Shown: piece after piece, positions 40,860 through 49,605 of the stretch
Numbering within the stretch: position 1 is the stretch's first letter
How the letters are laid out: each line of letters begins with the position of its first letter
Source of the DNA: Candidatus Zixiibacteriota bacterium
GTDB taxonomy: Bacteria; Zixibacteria; MSB-5A5; GN15; FEB-12
Direction: 5' to 3'
DNA length: 49,605 bases
Assembly: GCA_041742355.1 (NCBI GenBank)
Contig: JBGSIV010000062.1
Span: 1 to 49,605, forward strand
Position numbers and translations under genes: made by a program
The notes under the pieces: generated by a model
Seen by the model: only the letters and a program-made list of their open reading frames with translations
The model's database searches: none
Told to the model about the DNA's origin: nothing

Positions 40860-41007
40860 CCCTCGTCCGCGTACCGATAAGCCGATTTGGCTCGAGCCTA
40901 CCGAAGAACAAAAGGACGTGAGAGAAGCTGGCAGGGTGCGGCGGTAACGGCCAGCGGCTGCGTTTTTTCTGGACGCAGTCGGGGTATGCGATAGTATCTT
41001 ATGGCCC

Positions 41008-41409
41008 ATGAAAGCCGGCAGCGCATACGCAGGTGGATGGAAAGCGGCTTACTGGCTGCTCTTGCCCTTATGGATCGCGGGTGCAGCCATGAACATGGCG
41101 CGCATCGACGGGGGCTTTTTCACCAATTATCTGGCCGACCTGGCCTTTCCACCGTGGTACTATATCCTGATCAGGAGAGAGCAGACCCTGGGTCTTCCGG
41201 CGCTGAAGACGCTTCGCTGGTTCGGCCTTTCGAGAGAGCGGGCGGCGGCGGCGATGATCCTCGCGGGTGTGGTGCATGAAGCTGGGCAGGGGGCAGGCGT
41301 GGTTCCCGGCACGTTCGACTGGTGGGATATAGCCGCGTACGCGATCGGGCTGGGGATCAGCTATACCTGTGATACGAAGCGGGAAGTCGCGGTCACGCAG
41401 AGCAGTTGA
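41008..41409 (+). CDS. Small membrane protein
   Basis: 133 aa with four hydrophobic segments; YLADL, HEAGQ and GTFDWWDIAAYAIG motifs. Confidence 0.7.
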   Translation: MKAGSAYAGGWKAAYWLLLPLWIAGAAMNMARIDGGFFTNYLADLAFPPWYYILIRREQTLGLPALKTLRWFGLSRERAAAAMILAGVVHEAGQGAGVVPGTFDWWDIAAYAIGLGISYTCDTKREVAVTQSS

Positions 41410-41506
41410 TCGACCGGCATGCAGGGAGTCGGTTCCCGCTTTCGCCGGATGCTGAACACCCGAAAGCCGCCGGCGAATCTGCCTGAATGTCCCACCCGCT
41501 CAGCCG

Positions 41507-43714
41507 CTAAAACAGCTTTCCCGCGTGCAGCCGCTCGTCGAGCAGCCGGCAGCCTTCCATCAAAATAGACTCATTCGACTCGGTCGTGTTGGGCGCCGGC
41601 AAGCCGTCACGCGTGATCGGCTCTACGGTCCAGTGGCCATCGGTCCAGCCAATCGTCTCGTATACTGCCTCCGCCCCTGTGAGACCTTTGTACTCGGCGA
41701 ATATGATTGCGCCGTGATCGAGGTAGAGCGTCAACCGTTCGTCGGTACCCTGCCCGTTGGCGCCGGTGACGCCATAAGTGATCCGTCCGGGAGGCAGATC
41801 GCCCTTCTTGCCATTGCCCTTTGAGGCATTGCCGGACACAACCGTGATACGGGCGGTTTTGCGGCTCGGCCCGAGCGCCTGAAGCAAGTCGATCAGGTTC
41901 ATGTCGGCAAGGCGGCCGCTGGCGCCCGCCCGGCGATCTTCAGCGTCGCGCGCCTGCTGCCTGGCCTGGATCATCACCTGGATCTTCTGCATCTTCACCA
42001 CCAGCAGGTCGAGCGAGCCGTCGTTCGGCAGGACATCCTCGATCCCCTTCTCCAGCAGGCTCGTTACCGCCGATATCGTGGCGGTGTCGACCAACACAAA
42101 CGTCGGGGTGTGCTGGAGGTCGACATCGCGCTCGTGCAGGCGTTCGACAAATTGCGTGACTTTGCCGGCATCGCCGGGAATAGTCAGTACCACCATGTCC
42201 GGCCGGCTGCGCTTGAAGAGATCGACAAACGACTCGAAGTCCCCCGGTGTGATTGTGCGAAACCCCTCATTCTTCAGGCGCAGGTGAATCGGCGTGATCG
42301 ACGTCGGGCCGTCGGCCAGCAGCATAACCTGGGCTGCCTGCATCGAGGTCTGCTGGGCCAGCATTTCCTCCTGCAGCATGGCGACAAAAGCTTCGACCAC
42401 CTCGGCCATGAAAAGGCGGCCGGTGAGGTCGCGAAATTTCTTCTTGATAGCGTCAAACTTGTCCAGCAGCAGTCGTTCCGTGGAGGCGACATTTTCGCAG
42501 TAGATGTCGATGATCGTCAGGATATTGCCGCCGAGCGCCTCGATCGGAAGACGTTTCGTGAACTTGCCACCGAGATCCTTGTACATCGAGCGGAGCATTT
42601 CCACCACCACCGGCGGGTAGTTGAGCGACTGCAGCAGCCGGGTCGACAGCTTGATCGTAGCCCGATAGTCGCGGCCGGACGACGGAGCGTAGTGGAACTT
42701 CGCGATATCGTGGAGGTACGCCGCGCTGACTATCTGGAGCCGATCCTTGTCGGGTAGTCCGAGCTTGCGGCAAAGACGGTCGGCGTAGTGGCCTACCCGG
42801 CCGGAGTGATTCTCCGGCTGGCGCACGGCCGAGGACATCATCGTCGTAAACAGGTCGAGATTCTTGACCAGCAACTCGCTCTCGGTGGCGAACGCATCCT
42901 CGCTCAGCAGGAGTTTCGCGGCCGACTCGTAGTATCGCACGCGGGTGCGCGGCGAGATCTTACGCAGTCGGTCGATCAGATCGATATAGTCGCCGGGGAC
43001 CGTGTCCTTAATAAAGACGGTCCGGAATCGGCGGTTGCCGATCATTTCGATTGCGTCGTCGGCCGAATCGCTGATGACGACATCGAGGTCATCCCGTTCA
43101 AAAATTGATTGCAGCAGCGGGGCGCAATATTCTTCGTCGGTGACCAGCAGGACCGCCTCCCGCGGCGGGGCATCGGACTGGTCCGATGCTGGATCGATCG
43201 GGAGCTTGCCGGTTTCGGTCGCTTCATCGGGAATTTGCAGCGACAGGCTTTCGTCGAGCGAAATGTCCTCGCCGAGGTAGTACCGGGACAGGGCGACATC
43301 GAGGGGCAGTTCGGCGGCGACATAGAGCTTCACCTTGCGGCCGCGCGCCACGAACTTGAGTTCGTTGACGACCTCAGGATCGGTGGGATTTTCGCAGGCG
43401 ACCTTGAGCGTGTTGGACGGCGGGTCGAAGTCGAACGGCAGAAGCTTGCGGGCCAGCGCAATCCGTTTGGGGATCATCCCGATGACGACCTCCGAGATCT
43501 CCAGTCTCGACAGCACTACTCCCTCGCAGCCGAACTGAATCGTCAGCGCTTTGACCAGCCCCGCCTCGTCGATATAGCGGTGGTAGAGCAGTTGCGAGCC
43601 AACTTTGCCGCCATGGGCCTTCTGGCGCATGAGGGCTTCGCGGATCTGGACCTCGGAAACGAGGCCTTCGGCGATGAGGATTTCATCGAGGCGTTTGCGG
43701 TGTCCTGTGGTCAT
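41507..43714 (-). CDS. Multidomain signalling protein: MshEN/T2SSE_N - pseudo-REC - degenerate HD-GYP-like - pseudo-REC - DUF4388
   Basis: RLDEILIAEGLVSEVQIREALMRQ...KVGSQLL...LVKALTIQ and LKVACENP; VLLVTDE receiver fold; HSGRV...AAYLHDIAK; RPDMVVLT receiver fold; SGRLADMNLIDLLQAL...SILMEGCRLLDE. Confidence 0.82.
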   Translation of the reverse strand: MTTGHRKRLDEILIAEGLVSEVQIREALMRQKAHGGKVGSQLLYHRYIDEAGLVKALTIQFGCEGVVLSRLEISEVVIGMIPKRIALARKLLPFDFDPPSNTLKVACENPTDPEVVNELKFVARGRKVKLYVAAELPLDVALSRYYLGEDISLDESLSLQIPDEATETGKLPIDPASDQSDAPPREAVLLVTDEEYCAPLLQSIFERDDLDVVISDSADDAIEMIGNRRFRTVFIKDTVPGDYIDLIDRLRKISPRTRVRYYESAAKLLLSEDAFATESELLVKNLDLFTTMMSSAVRQPENHSGRVGHYADRLCRKLGLPDKDRLQIVSAAYLHDIAKFHYAPSSGRDYRATIKLSTRLLQSLNYPPVVVEMLRSMYKDLGGKFTKRLPIEALGGNILTIIDIYCENVASTERLLLDKFDAIKKKFRDLTGRLFMAEVVEAFVAMLQEEMLAQQTSMQAAQVMLLADGPTSITPIHLRLKNEGFRTITPGDFESFVDLFKRSRPDMVVLTIPGDAGKVTQFVERLHERDVDLQHTPTFVLVDTATISAVTSLLEKGIEDVLPNDGSLDLLVVKMQKIQVMIQARQQARDAEDRRAGASGRLADMNLIDLLQALGPSRKTARITVVSGNASKGNGKKGDLPPGRITYGVTGANGQGTDERLTLYLDHGAIIFAEYKGLTGAEAVYETIGWTDGHWTVEPITRDGLPAPNTTESNESILMEGCRLLDERLHAGKLF

Positions 43715-44796
43715 GATGCTCCGGCCGTTTCGTGTACGTGGTGTTCAGTCAGGGTGAGAAAGGGCGCAGGGTCGACCGCGACCCGGACCGCTTCTTCCGG
43801 TTTTATGATGCCGGCGTCCACGAGCGCTTTGAGGTGGTTGTCCAGAAGGCGCATCCCCTGCTTCCGGCTGGACTGAATGATATTCGGCACCTGATGGGTC
43901 TTCCCCTCGCGGATGAGATTTTTGACTGAAGCCGTGCGCGTGAGCAACTCGTAAGCAAGCACTCGCCCTGCCCCGTTGGCCTTGGTCAGCAGGTGCTGGG
44001 AAACGACCCCGGCCAGCGTGTCGGCGAGCATCACCCGGATTTGCTGCTGCTGGTTGGGGGGGAAGACATCGACCACCCGATCGATCGTAGCCGCAGCGCT
44101 GGTGGTATGCAAGGTGCCGAGCACCAGCAGGCCTGTTTCGGCAGCGGTCACTGCCTGGGCAATCGTCTCGGTGTCCCGCAGTTCCCCGACCATGATGACG
44201 TCGGGATCCTCGCGCAACGCGGCCCGGACGCCCGCCGCGAACGACTGGACATGCAGCCCGATCTGGCGCTGGGTGATCAGCGAGTTCTTGTTTACGTGGA
44301 TGTACTCAATCGGATCCTCGAGTGTCACGATGTGGCGAGAGAAATTCGTGTTGATGTAGTCGAGCATGGCCGCCAGCGTCGTGGTCTTGCCGGAGTTAGT
44401 GGGGCCGGTGACCAGGACCAGCCCGGCCCGGTGCTCGGCCAGGCGGGCGACAGTCTCCGCGAATCCCAGGGATTCAAGGCTCGGCGGGGAGTCGGGAATG
44501 AGACGTATCGACGCCGCGATACCCGATTGCATGCGGTAGATGTTAATGCGAAACCGGGCGCCGGCAGGAATGCCGTAAGCGGCATCGATATCCCCCTCCC
44601 GTTCAAACGCGCGGATCTGCTCATCCGAGAGGATTTCGTAGATCAGTCCCCTGATCGTCTCACTGGAGAGGCGCTTGTGGCTGGTCTTCTCCAGCTTGCC
44701 GGCCACACGGACCACAGGGACCGATCCGGCGGCGAGGTGGAGGTCCGAGGCGTTGGCGTCGCGGACAATCTGCAGGAGCTGGTCGATTTTGGCCAT
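43711..44796 (-). CDS. pilT: Type IV pilus retraction ATPase PilT
   Basis: ASDLHL, RFRINIY, GPTNSGKTTT, TLEDPIE, ALREDPDVIMVGELRD, GTLHTTSA and VKNLIRE (AIRNLIRE motif). Confidence 0.95.
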   Translation of the reverse strand: MAKIDQLLQIVRDANASDLHLAAGSVPVVRVAGKLEKTSHKRLSSETIRGLIYEILSDEQIRAFEREGDIDAAYGIPAGARFRINIYRMQSGIAASIRLIPDSPPSLESLGFAETVARLAEHRAGLVLVTGPTNSGKTTTLAAMLDYINTNFSRHIVTLEDPIEYIHVNKNSLITQRQIGLHVQSFAAGVRAALREDPDVIMVGELRDTETIAQAVTAAETGLLVLGTLHTTSAAATIDRVVDVFPPNQQQQIRVMLADTLAGVVSQHLLTKANGAGRVLAYELLTRTASVKNLIREGKTHQVPNIIQSSRKQGMRLLDNHLKALVDAGIIKPEEAVRVAVDPAPFLTLTEHHVHETAGAS

Positions 44797-44835
44797 GTAT
44801 GTCCATCGATGGGTGCACGGTTTCCGCTATCTCTC

Positions 44836-44865
44836 CTAGTATCGTCAGGATTGCCGGACTGTTGA
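44836..44865 (-). promoter_or_regulatory. Sigma28-like promoter TCAA-N15-GACGATAC-TAG upstream of pilT
   Basis: Minus strand reads ttcaacagtccggcaatcctgacgatactaggag, 40 nt before the pilT ATG. Confidence 0.58.
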
Positions 44866-44928
44866 ATGGGTAATCGTGGGGTGGAGGTGTGCAAGAGTTG
44901 AACAGGGGGATTCCGGGCGCCTTCTCTG

Positions 44929-45738
44929 CTAACGGCGCCCCAACTCCTCTCGCAACGCCCGGATCTCCTCCCGCAACTTGGCAAGTTGCTGCGCCCCCGC
45001 CACCTCAGTCTCGTCATCCTCGGCATCCCGGCCGATGAAAAACGTCGCCAGTACCGCCGTCACATACCCGAACACGGTGAAGCTGTACAGCGCCAGCAGC
45101 ACACACAGCACGCGCCCCTCCGGTGTTCTGGGCCAACCCTCCGAGCCCATTGTGGTCATGATCATCGCGGTCCACCAGACGGCCGTGCCGTAGTCCTCGA
45201 ACACCGGCCCCTCCGGGCCATCGTTCTCAAACGCATACATCCCCGCCGCACCGACGAGCGTCACGATGATCGTCAGCACCACCACATAGCCGAACCCCCG
45301 ACGCCCCATCGTCCGCCCCAACGCCCGCATCCCGCGATTGATCGAGCTGATCACTCGGACCAGGCGCAGCCCTCTTGCCACCGTGGCGGCCCGAGAAACG
45401 CGCGCCAGGCGGGCCAGGCGCAGCAAATAGAATATCCGAAACACGCGCAGGGCGGGCGCCACGAGCGCGATTCCTTTCAGCCAGTTGTGGCCGACATACG
45501 GCAGCTTGCGCGGCGCCAGCCAGAACCCCAGCAGATACTCCAGGAGGAACAATCCCCAGATGACGTAACCGGCAATTTCGAGAAACGGGTTGAGCCCCCA
45601 GATGACTTCGACAATGAACAGACCGAGCCAGATGAACGCCAGCACGATCATCGGGGTCTCGATCATGCGCTGAAGCTGTTCGAGCAGCGCCTCGCGTTCG
45701 GAGTCGAGCGCCTGAGTGGTATGGGGAGTCTCGTCCAC
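44929..45738 (-). CDS. 6TM voltage-sensor-type ion channel with an atypical pore filter
   Basis: S4-like LRVFRIFYLLRLARLARVSR; pore WWTAMIMTTMGSEGWPRTPEGR; C-terminal coiled coil. GTG start at 45738 inferred. Confidence 0.85.
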   Translation of the reverse strand: MDETPHTTQALDSEREALLEQLQRMIETPMIVLAFIWLGLFIVEVIWGLNPFLEIAGYVIWGLFLLEYLLGFWLAPRKLPYVGHNWLKGIALVAPALRVFRIFYLLRLARLARVSRAATVARGLRLVRVISSINRGMRALGRTMGRRGFGYVVVLTIIVTLVGAAGMYAFENDGPEGPVFEDYGTAVWWTAMIMTTMGSEGWPRTPEGRVLCVLLALYSFTVFGYVTAVLATFFIGRDAEDDETEVAGAQQLAKLREEIRALREELGRR

Positions 45739-45927
45739 GAATGTGTTACGGCCGGAATTGCAGCTACAGGAGGGGAGGGGTAAAGGACTTATGAGATTCC
45801 AGAGAAAGGTGAAGATTCGTCTGCCGGACAAGACGCTCCGCCAGGGAAGGACCTGGGGCCGACTAATGAGCAAAGACCAGGTCAATTTTATATTGCACCC
45901 GGCGGGCATTTCGCGCAAAATCTGTCA

Positions 45928-46293
45928 ATGCCGCGACGGGTAAAAAACAGCCGCCCTTTTTGGGCGCCACTGGCGGAGAATTTCAAGTCCCGCCTGACCT
46001 CGGAAGAGTCACGCCTGCGCCGCCAGCTGATGCGCTACGGGCTGTGGCTCTTCGGGGCGCTCTTTGTCTGGTCGTTGACGGTGGGAGACTACGGCATCCC
46101 CCGAATCATCCGCCTGCACATGGAGCATGCCGCTCTCCTTGAAGCCAACCGCCTGCACACGGCGGAACTGGCGGATGCGGCGAGGATTCGCCAGCTGCTG
46201 CAGTCTGATCCGAGCTACATCGAGTACATCGCCCGCACCCGCTACCGCATGGTCCGCCCCAACGAAGAGATTTACCGGTTTCGGGGGCAGTGA
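45928..46293 (+). CDS. FtsB/DivIC-like septum formation initiator
   Basis: Transmembrane segment then GDYGI, coiled coil, and DPSYIEYIARTRYRMVRPNEEIY (ExxAR...xxE motif). Confidence 0.82.
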   Translation: MPRRVKNSRPFWAPLAENFKSRLTSEESRLRRQLMRYGLWLFGALFVWSLTVGDYGIPRIIRLHMEHAALLEANRLHTAELADAARIRQLLQSDPSYIEYIARTRYRMVRPNEEIYRFRGQ

Positions 46294-46399
46294 GAGTCCG
46301 AGCGCTTCCGCAGGAGGCCTGACAGCCAGGCAAGGCACGACCGCTGAAGGCTCGTGCCAGCCATCTGCTCCATAAAAGACCGCCCGGGTTCCCTTCCCG

Positions 46400-46891
46400 C
46401 TATGACCGGCGGTACGTGCAGGTCATCATCTCGCTCCAGTTGCCGTCGGGGCCGAGGATGTTCCCGGTCAGCGTACGCTCGTTTTCGGAAATGAGGGCGT
46501 GGACGTCTTTGTACCGTGTGGTGCCTTCCGACATGGATCCATCGGGGCCGAAGACAGGTCCGTCGCACTCGAGCGACAACACCTTCTCACTGGCGTCGAG
46601 CGTTCCCTCGTACATCCAGAGGTAGGTCATCATCGATCCGATCCAGCTGCCGACAAAGCGCTGCTTGCGCTGGTTGAATCCAATGGTCAGCATGGTTTTC
46701 GCAATGCCGCCGCCGGGCATCTCTCCCTGGCCGTCGGCCACGATCCAGATCCCGCCGACCGAGCGGACGATCTCGTTCCCCCTGAGTTTGATCGGGGGTT
46801 CGCCCGGTGCCATGATAGCATCGATTTCGTATGTCCAGTCGCCGACCAGACGTTGCAACCAGGCGTGCTCTTTTTGCGGTTCCACTTTCAT
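46400..46891 (-). CDS. DUF1579-family protein
   Basis: PQKEHAWLQRLVGDW, FVGSWIGSMM and MMTCTYRR; GAGGAG RBS. Confidence 0.85.
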   Translation of the reverse strand: MKVEPQKEHAWLQRLVGDWTYEIDAIMAPGEPPIKLRGNEIVRSVGGIWIVADGQGEMPGGGIAKTMLTIGFNQRKQRFVGSWIGSMMTYLWMYEGTLDASEKVLSLECDGPVFGPDGSMSEGTTRYKDVHALISENERTLTGNILGPDGNWSEMMTCTYRRS

Positions 46892-47198
46892 GGGGTGCTC
46901 CTCAACAAGTAGGTCCGATTTCAGGTAAACCTAAGATCGCCAATCGGGCGGGCCGTTGCAATCACATTGTCGATTCTTTTGATCAACATTGGGAGCGTTG
47001 ACGCGGCAATGCCCAAGGACTTGCCACTTGGAAGTGGGGTCCCACCGTTGGAAGGAAATGTCGGTGTTGTTGCAGACCCTAGAAGTAATTTGGTAGATTG
47101 GTGTATGAGAGAGATCGATGTGAGGGTCATGGGGGCGACCGGCCGGTAGAAGAGACACAGGCAGTGACCGAACCCGGGGGACAGCAGGATAGGAAACC

Positions 47199-47981
47199 AT
47201 GGCCATAAAGACAACAGAAGCTATTGTCCTCAAAGCACATAATTGGTCCGAATCATCCCGAACCGTAGTCTTTTTCACGCGTGATTTCGGCAAACTGGCC
47301 CTGACCGACAAAGGGGGGAGGCAGATGACCAGCAAGCGGGGGCGGTTAGTGCCGTTCGCTCGGCAAGAGCTAACGTTCTACCACTCCGAGAAGGAGTCGG
47401 CCGGCTACCTGTCCGATGTCGCGCTGGTCAAAGCCTACCAGTTCGAGGGTGACGGTACTCTCGGGCGACTGGCTTTCGCCTCAGCCGGTGCCGAACTGCT
47501 CATGAATCTCCTCGGGGATCGCGAACCCCACCCGGCGCTGTACGATTACTATGTCTCGTTTCTCGAATTGGTCGAAACCGTCCCCAAACAGGCCCTGGCG
47601 CCGGTGTTCGTGACCTTTTATATCCGGCTGTTGTCGATGCTCGGTTACCATCCGTCGCTCGGGTACTGCGTCTCCTGCGGCGCGGCGGGCGAGAAATTGG
47701 TGGTAGGGGAAGGGGAGGTGCTGTTCTCGGCCGAGCGCGGCGGGATGGTCTGCGGCGCTTGCAAATCGGTCGGGGATTATTATATTCCGTTTTCGGCGGA
47801 GACCTACCGGCTGGTGCTGGCGTTGCAGGGGGCATCCCTCGCGCAGGCAGCCGGTCTGCCGATAACATACCGGGACGCAGTGCGGCTGATTGAGGCGCTG
47901 ACGAAATTCATGGCGTACCAGGCCGATATCCGCGGCGAGTTGAAATCCCTGACGTTTCTGGAGAAACTGAAAGGGAGTTGA
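47199..47981 (+). CDS. recO: DNA repair protein RecO
   Basis: TEAIVLK...ESSRTVVFFTRDFGK OB fold; LGYHPSLGYCVSCG...GGMVCGAC zinc finger. Confidence 0.93.
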   Translation: MAIKTTEAIVLKAHNWSESSRTVVFFTRDFGKLALTDKGGRQMTSKRGRLVPFARQELTFYHSEKESAGYLSDVALVKAYQFEGDGTLGRLAFASAGAELLMNLLGDREPHPALYDYYVSFLELVETVPKQALAPVFVTFYIRLLSMLGYHPSLGYCVSCGAAGEKLVVGEGEVLFSAERGGMVCGACKSVGDYYIPFSAETYRLVLALQGASLAQAAGLPITYRDAVRLIEALTKFMAYQADIRGELKSLTFLEKLKGS

Positions 47982-48148
47982 CGGACCGAACCGCAAGAGG
48001 CAACCGGCGAGTCGGGCTGATTGCGGCCTGACGATTTGAAGACGATATCAGGCGCCGTGAAGCCTGATCCGCAGCCGAATATTTCAAGCGTGACCGACGG
48101 GTTTGACCCGCGCGGCCGAACCCGATTCATAAGGAAAGCGACCGAACC

Positions 48149-49489
48149 ATGGGTGCTCAGAACAAAGCCGACGACACGATGGATAAACTGGTTTCGCTGT
48201 GCAAGCGGCGCGGCTACATCTTCCCCTCCAGCGAAATCTACGGCGGCCTGTCGTCGTGCTGGGACTACGGCCCGTTGGGCTCAGAGCTGAAGCGGAACCT
48301 CAAGACCGTCTGGTGGAATGCCATGACCCACCGCCGGGACGATGTCGAAGGCCTCGATGCTGCGATTTTCATGCACCCCCAAGTCTGGCACACGTCGGGC
48401 CACGTCACGGAATTCCACGACCCGATGGTCGACTGCAAGAAGTGCAAGGCCCGATTCCGGGCGGACAAGCTCGATATGGCGCGCTGTCCGCTAAAGCCGT
48501 CCAAGACCCCCCACGAGTGCGACGGTGAGCTGACCGAGGCCCGGCAGTTCAACCTGATGTTCAAGACCCACATGGGTCCGATGGAGGACTCCTCGAGCGA
48601 GGTCTTCCTGCGCCCCGAGACGGCCCAGGGGATCTACGTCAACTTCCTCAACGTCAAGAATTCCTCGCGGCAGAAGATCCCGTTCGGCATCGCCCAGATC
48701 GGCAAGGCCTTCCGCAACGAAATCACCCCCGGCAACTTCATCTTCCGCACGCGCGAGTTCGAGCAGATGGAAATGCAGTTCTTTGTCGCGCCGGGCGAGG
48801 ATGACAAGTGGATGGAGTACTGGCGGGAGCAGCGGTGGCAGTTCTACCTCGAGCTGGGGATCAAGGAGAGCAAGCTCCGCTGGCACCAGCACGGCGAGGG
48901 GGAACTGGCTCACTACGCCAAGGCCGCCTGGGACATCGAATACGAGTTTCCATTCGGCTGGCAGGAGCTCGAGGGAGTCCACAACCGGACCGATTTCGAT
49001 CTGAGCCGCCACATGGAGGCCACCAAGAAGGACCTCCGCTACAGCGACGATGTCTACACCGAGAAGTTCATCCCGTATATCATCGAAACCTCGGCCGGCT
49101 GCGACAGGAGCCTTCTGACTCTCCTGGTCGACGCGTACGACGAACAGGAGATCAAAGGAGAGACCCGCGTCTTCCTGCGGCTGTCACCGAAAGTGGCGCC
49201 GATCAAGGCAGCTGTCTTCCCGCTGGTGAAGAAAGACGGTATGCCGGAGTTCGCTGATAAAGTCTACCATGATCTAAAAAGGCACTTCAAAGTCTTCTAC
49301 GATGAGTCCGGTGCGGTGGGGCGGCGCTATGCCCGAATGGACGAGGCCGGCTGCCCGTTCTGCATCACTGTTGACGGCCAGACGCTCGAGGACGAGACCA
49401 TGACCCTGCGCGACCGCGACAGCATGGAGCAGAAGCGGATGAAGTCCGGGGAGATTATCGATTTCCTCAAAGAGAAGACGGCTGTCTGA
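48149..49489 (+). CDS. glyQS: Glycyl-tRNA synthetase, homodimeric (alpha2) type
   Basis: SSEIYGG...DYGPLG, FNLMFKT, LRPETAQG, FRNEITPGNFIFRTREFEQME, PYIIETSAG and the anticodon-binding domain. Confidence 0.98.
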   Translation: MGAQNKADDTMDKLVSLCKRRGYIFPSSEIYGGLSSCWDYGPLGSELKRNLKTVWWNAMTHRRDDVEGLDAAIFMHPQVWHTSGHVTEFHDPMVDCKKCKARFRADKLDMARCPLKPSKTPHECDGELTEARQFNLMFKTHMGPMEDSSSEVFLRPETAQGIYVNFLNVKNSSRQKIPFGIAQIGKAFRNEITPGNFIFRTREFEQMEMQFFVAPGEDDKWMEYWREQRWQFYLELGIKESKLRWHQHGEGELAHYAKAAWDIEYEFPFGWQELEGVHNRTDFDLSRHMEATKKDLRYSDDVYTEKFIPYIIETSAGCDRSLLTLLVDAYDEQEIKGETRVFLRLSPKVAPIKAAVFPLVKKDGMPEFADKVYHDLKRHFKVFYDESGAVGRRYARMDEAGCPFCITVDGQTLEDETMTLRDRDSMEQKRMKSGEIIDFLKEKTAV

Positions 49490-49508
49490 CGCTCAGAACA
49501 AACAACCC

Positions 49509-49538
49509 AACCCGCAGTCACCCGCCTGCGGGTTTATC
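49509..49538 (+). terminator. Probable terminator after glyQS
   Basis: AACCCGCAG-TCACCCGC-CTGCGGGTT followed by TATC. Confidence 0.65.
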
Positions 49539-49566
49539 TATGGAGATCTGTCGGGGGATTTCCCCC

Positions 49567-49605
49567 AAAAGAAGCGGCGCGTTCAGTCAATGCTGAACGC
49601 GCCGC
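49567..49605 (-). terminator. Terminator of a convergent gene beyond the window
   Basis: GCGGCGCGTTCAG-TCAATG-CTGAACGCGCCGC stem with TTCTTTT tail on the minus strand. Confidence 0.75.

Noticed and set aside
46892..47198. Small ORFs or ncRNA between DUF1579 and recO
   Set aside because: ORFs lack an RBS and motifs; the region is adequately explained as a divergent promoter region.
47982..48148. T-box or glycine riboswitch upstream of glyQS
   Set aside because: Hairpins exist (ATCAGGC/GCCTGAT, GGCTG/CAGCC), but there is no T-box TGGNACC motif, no terminator and no glycine aptamer consensus.

Overview
GC-rich (visually about 60%) bacterial chromosomal window, mostly housekeeping genes. No CRISPR array, transposase, integrase or rRNA is recognisable. 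Gene content (alpha2-type GlyRS, lolE/lolD, mcsA-mcsB-clpC without ctsR, a bL38/DUF4295-like small protein, DUF4388 and MshEN proteins) suggests a diderm of the FCB group, possibly Zixibacteria-like; this is inference only. In order: alaS (truncated)-recX; a divergent DUF4388/MshEN operon ending in a small Cys4 basic protein; a minus-strand run of tsaD, cdaR-like, beta-propeller, M20 amidohydrolase, nfi, DUF4846-like, CMD, ada and hypABFCDE; a divergent Ni/Co-permease-like gene; a Ser/Thr kinase-alpha/beta-hydrolase fusion; tRNA-Leu(TAG)-tig-clpP-clpX; convergent lolE-lolD-mcsA-mcsB-clpC; VOC; stand-alone rpmA; pcrA; an ECF sigma/ZAS anti-sigma pair; a TPR protein; pilT coupled to a 735-aa MshEN-REC-HD-REC-DUF4388 protein; a 6TM channel with an atypical filter; ftsB-like; DUF1579; recO; glyQS. 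Most interesting: (1) a shared sigma28-like motif TCAA-N15-17-R(C/A)CGATACTAG in front of the pilT operon, a TPR gene and a lipoprotein gene, plus GCCGATAA before the DUF4388-MshEN operon, suggesting a co-regulated, possibly c-di-GMP-linked type IV pilus control system; (2) a Zn-ribbon bL38-like protein; (3) a probable ATT start codon for alaS.
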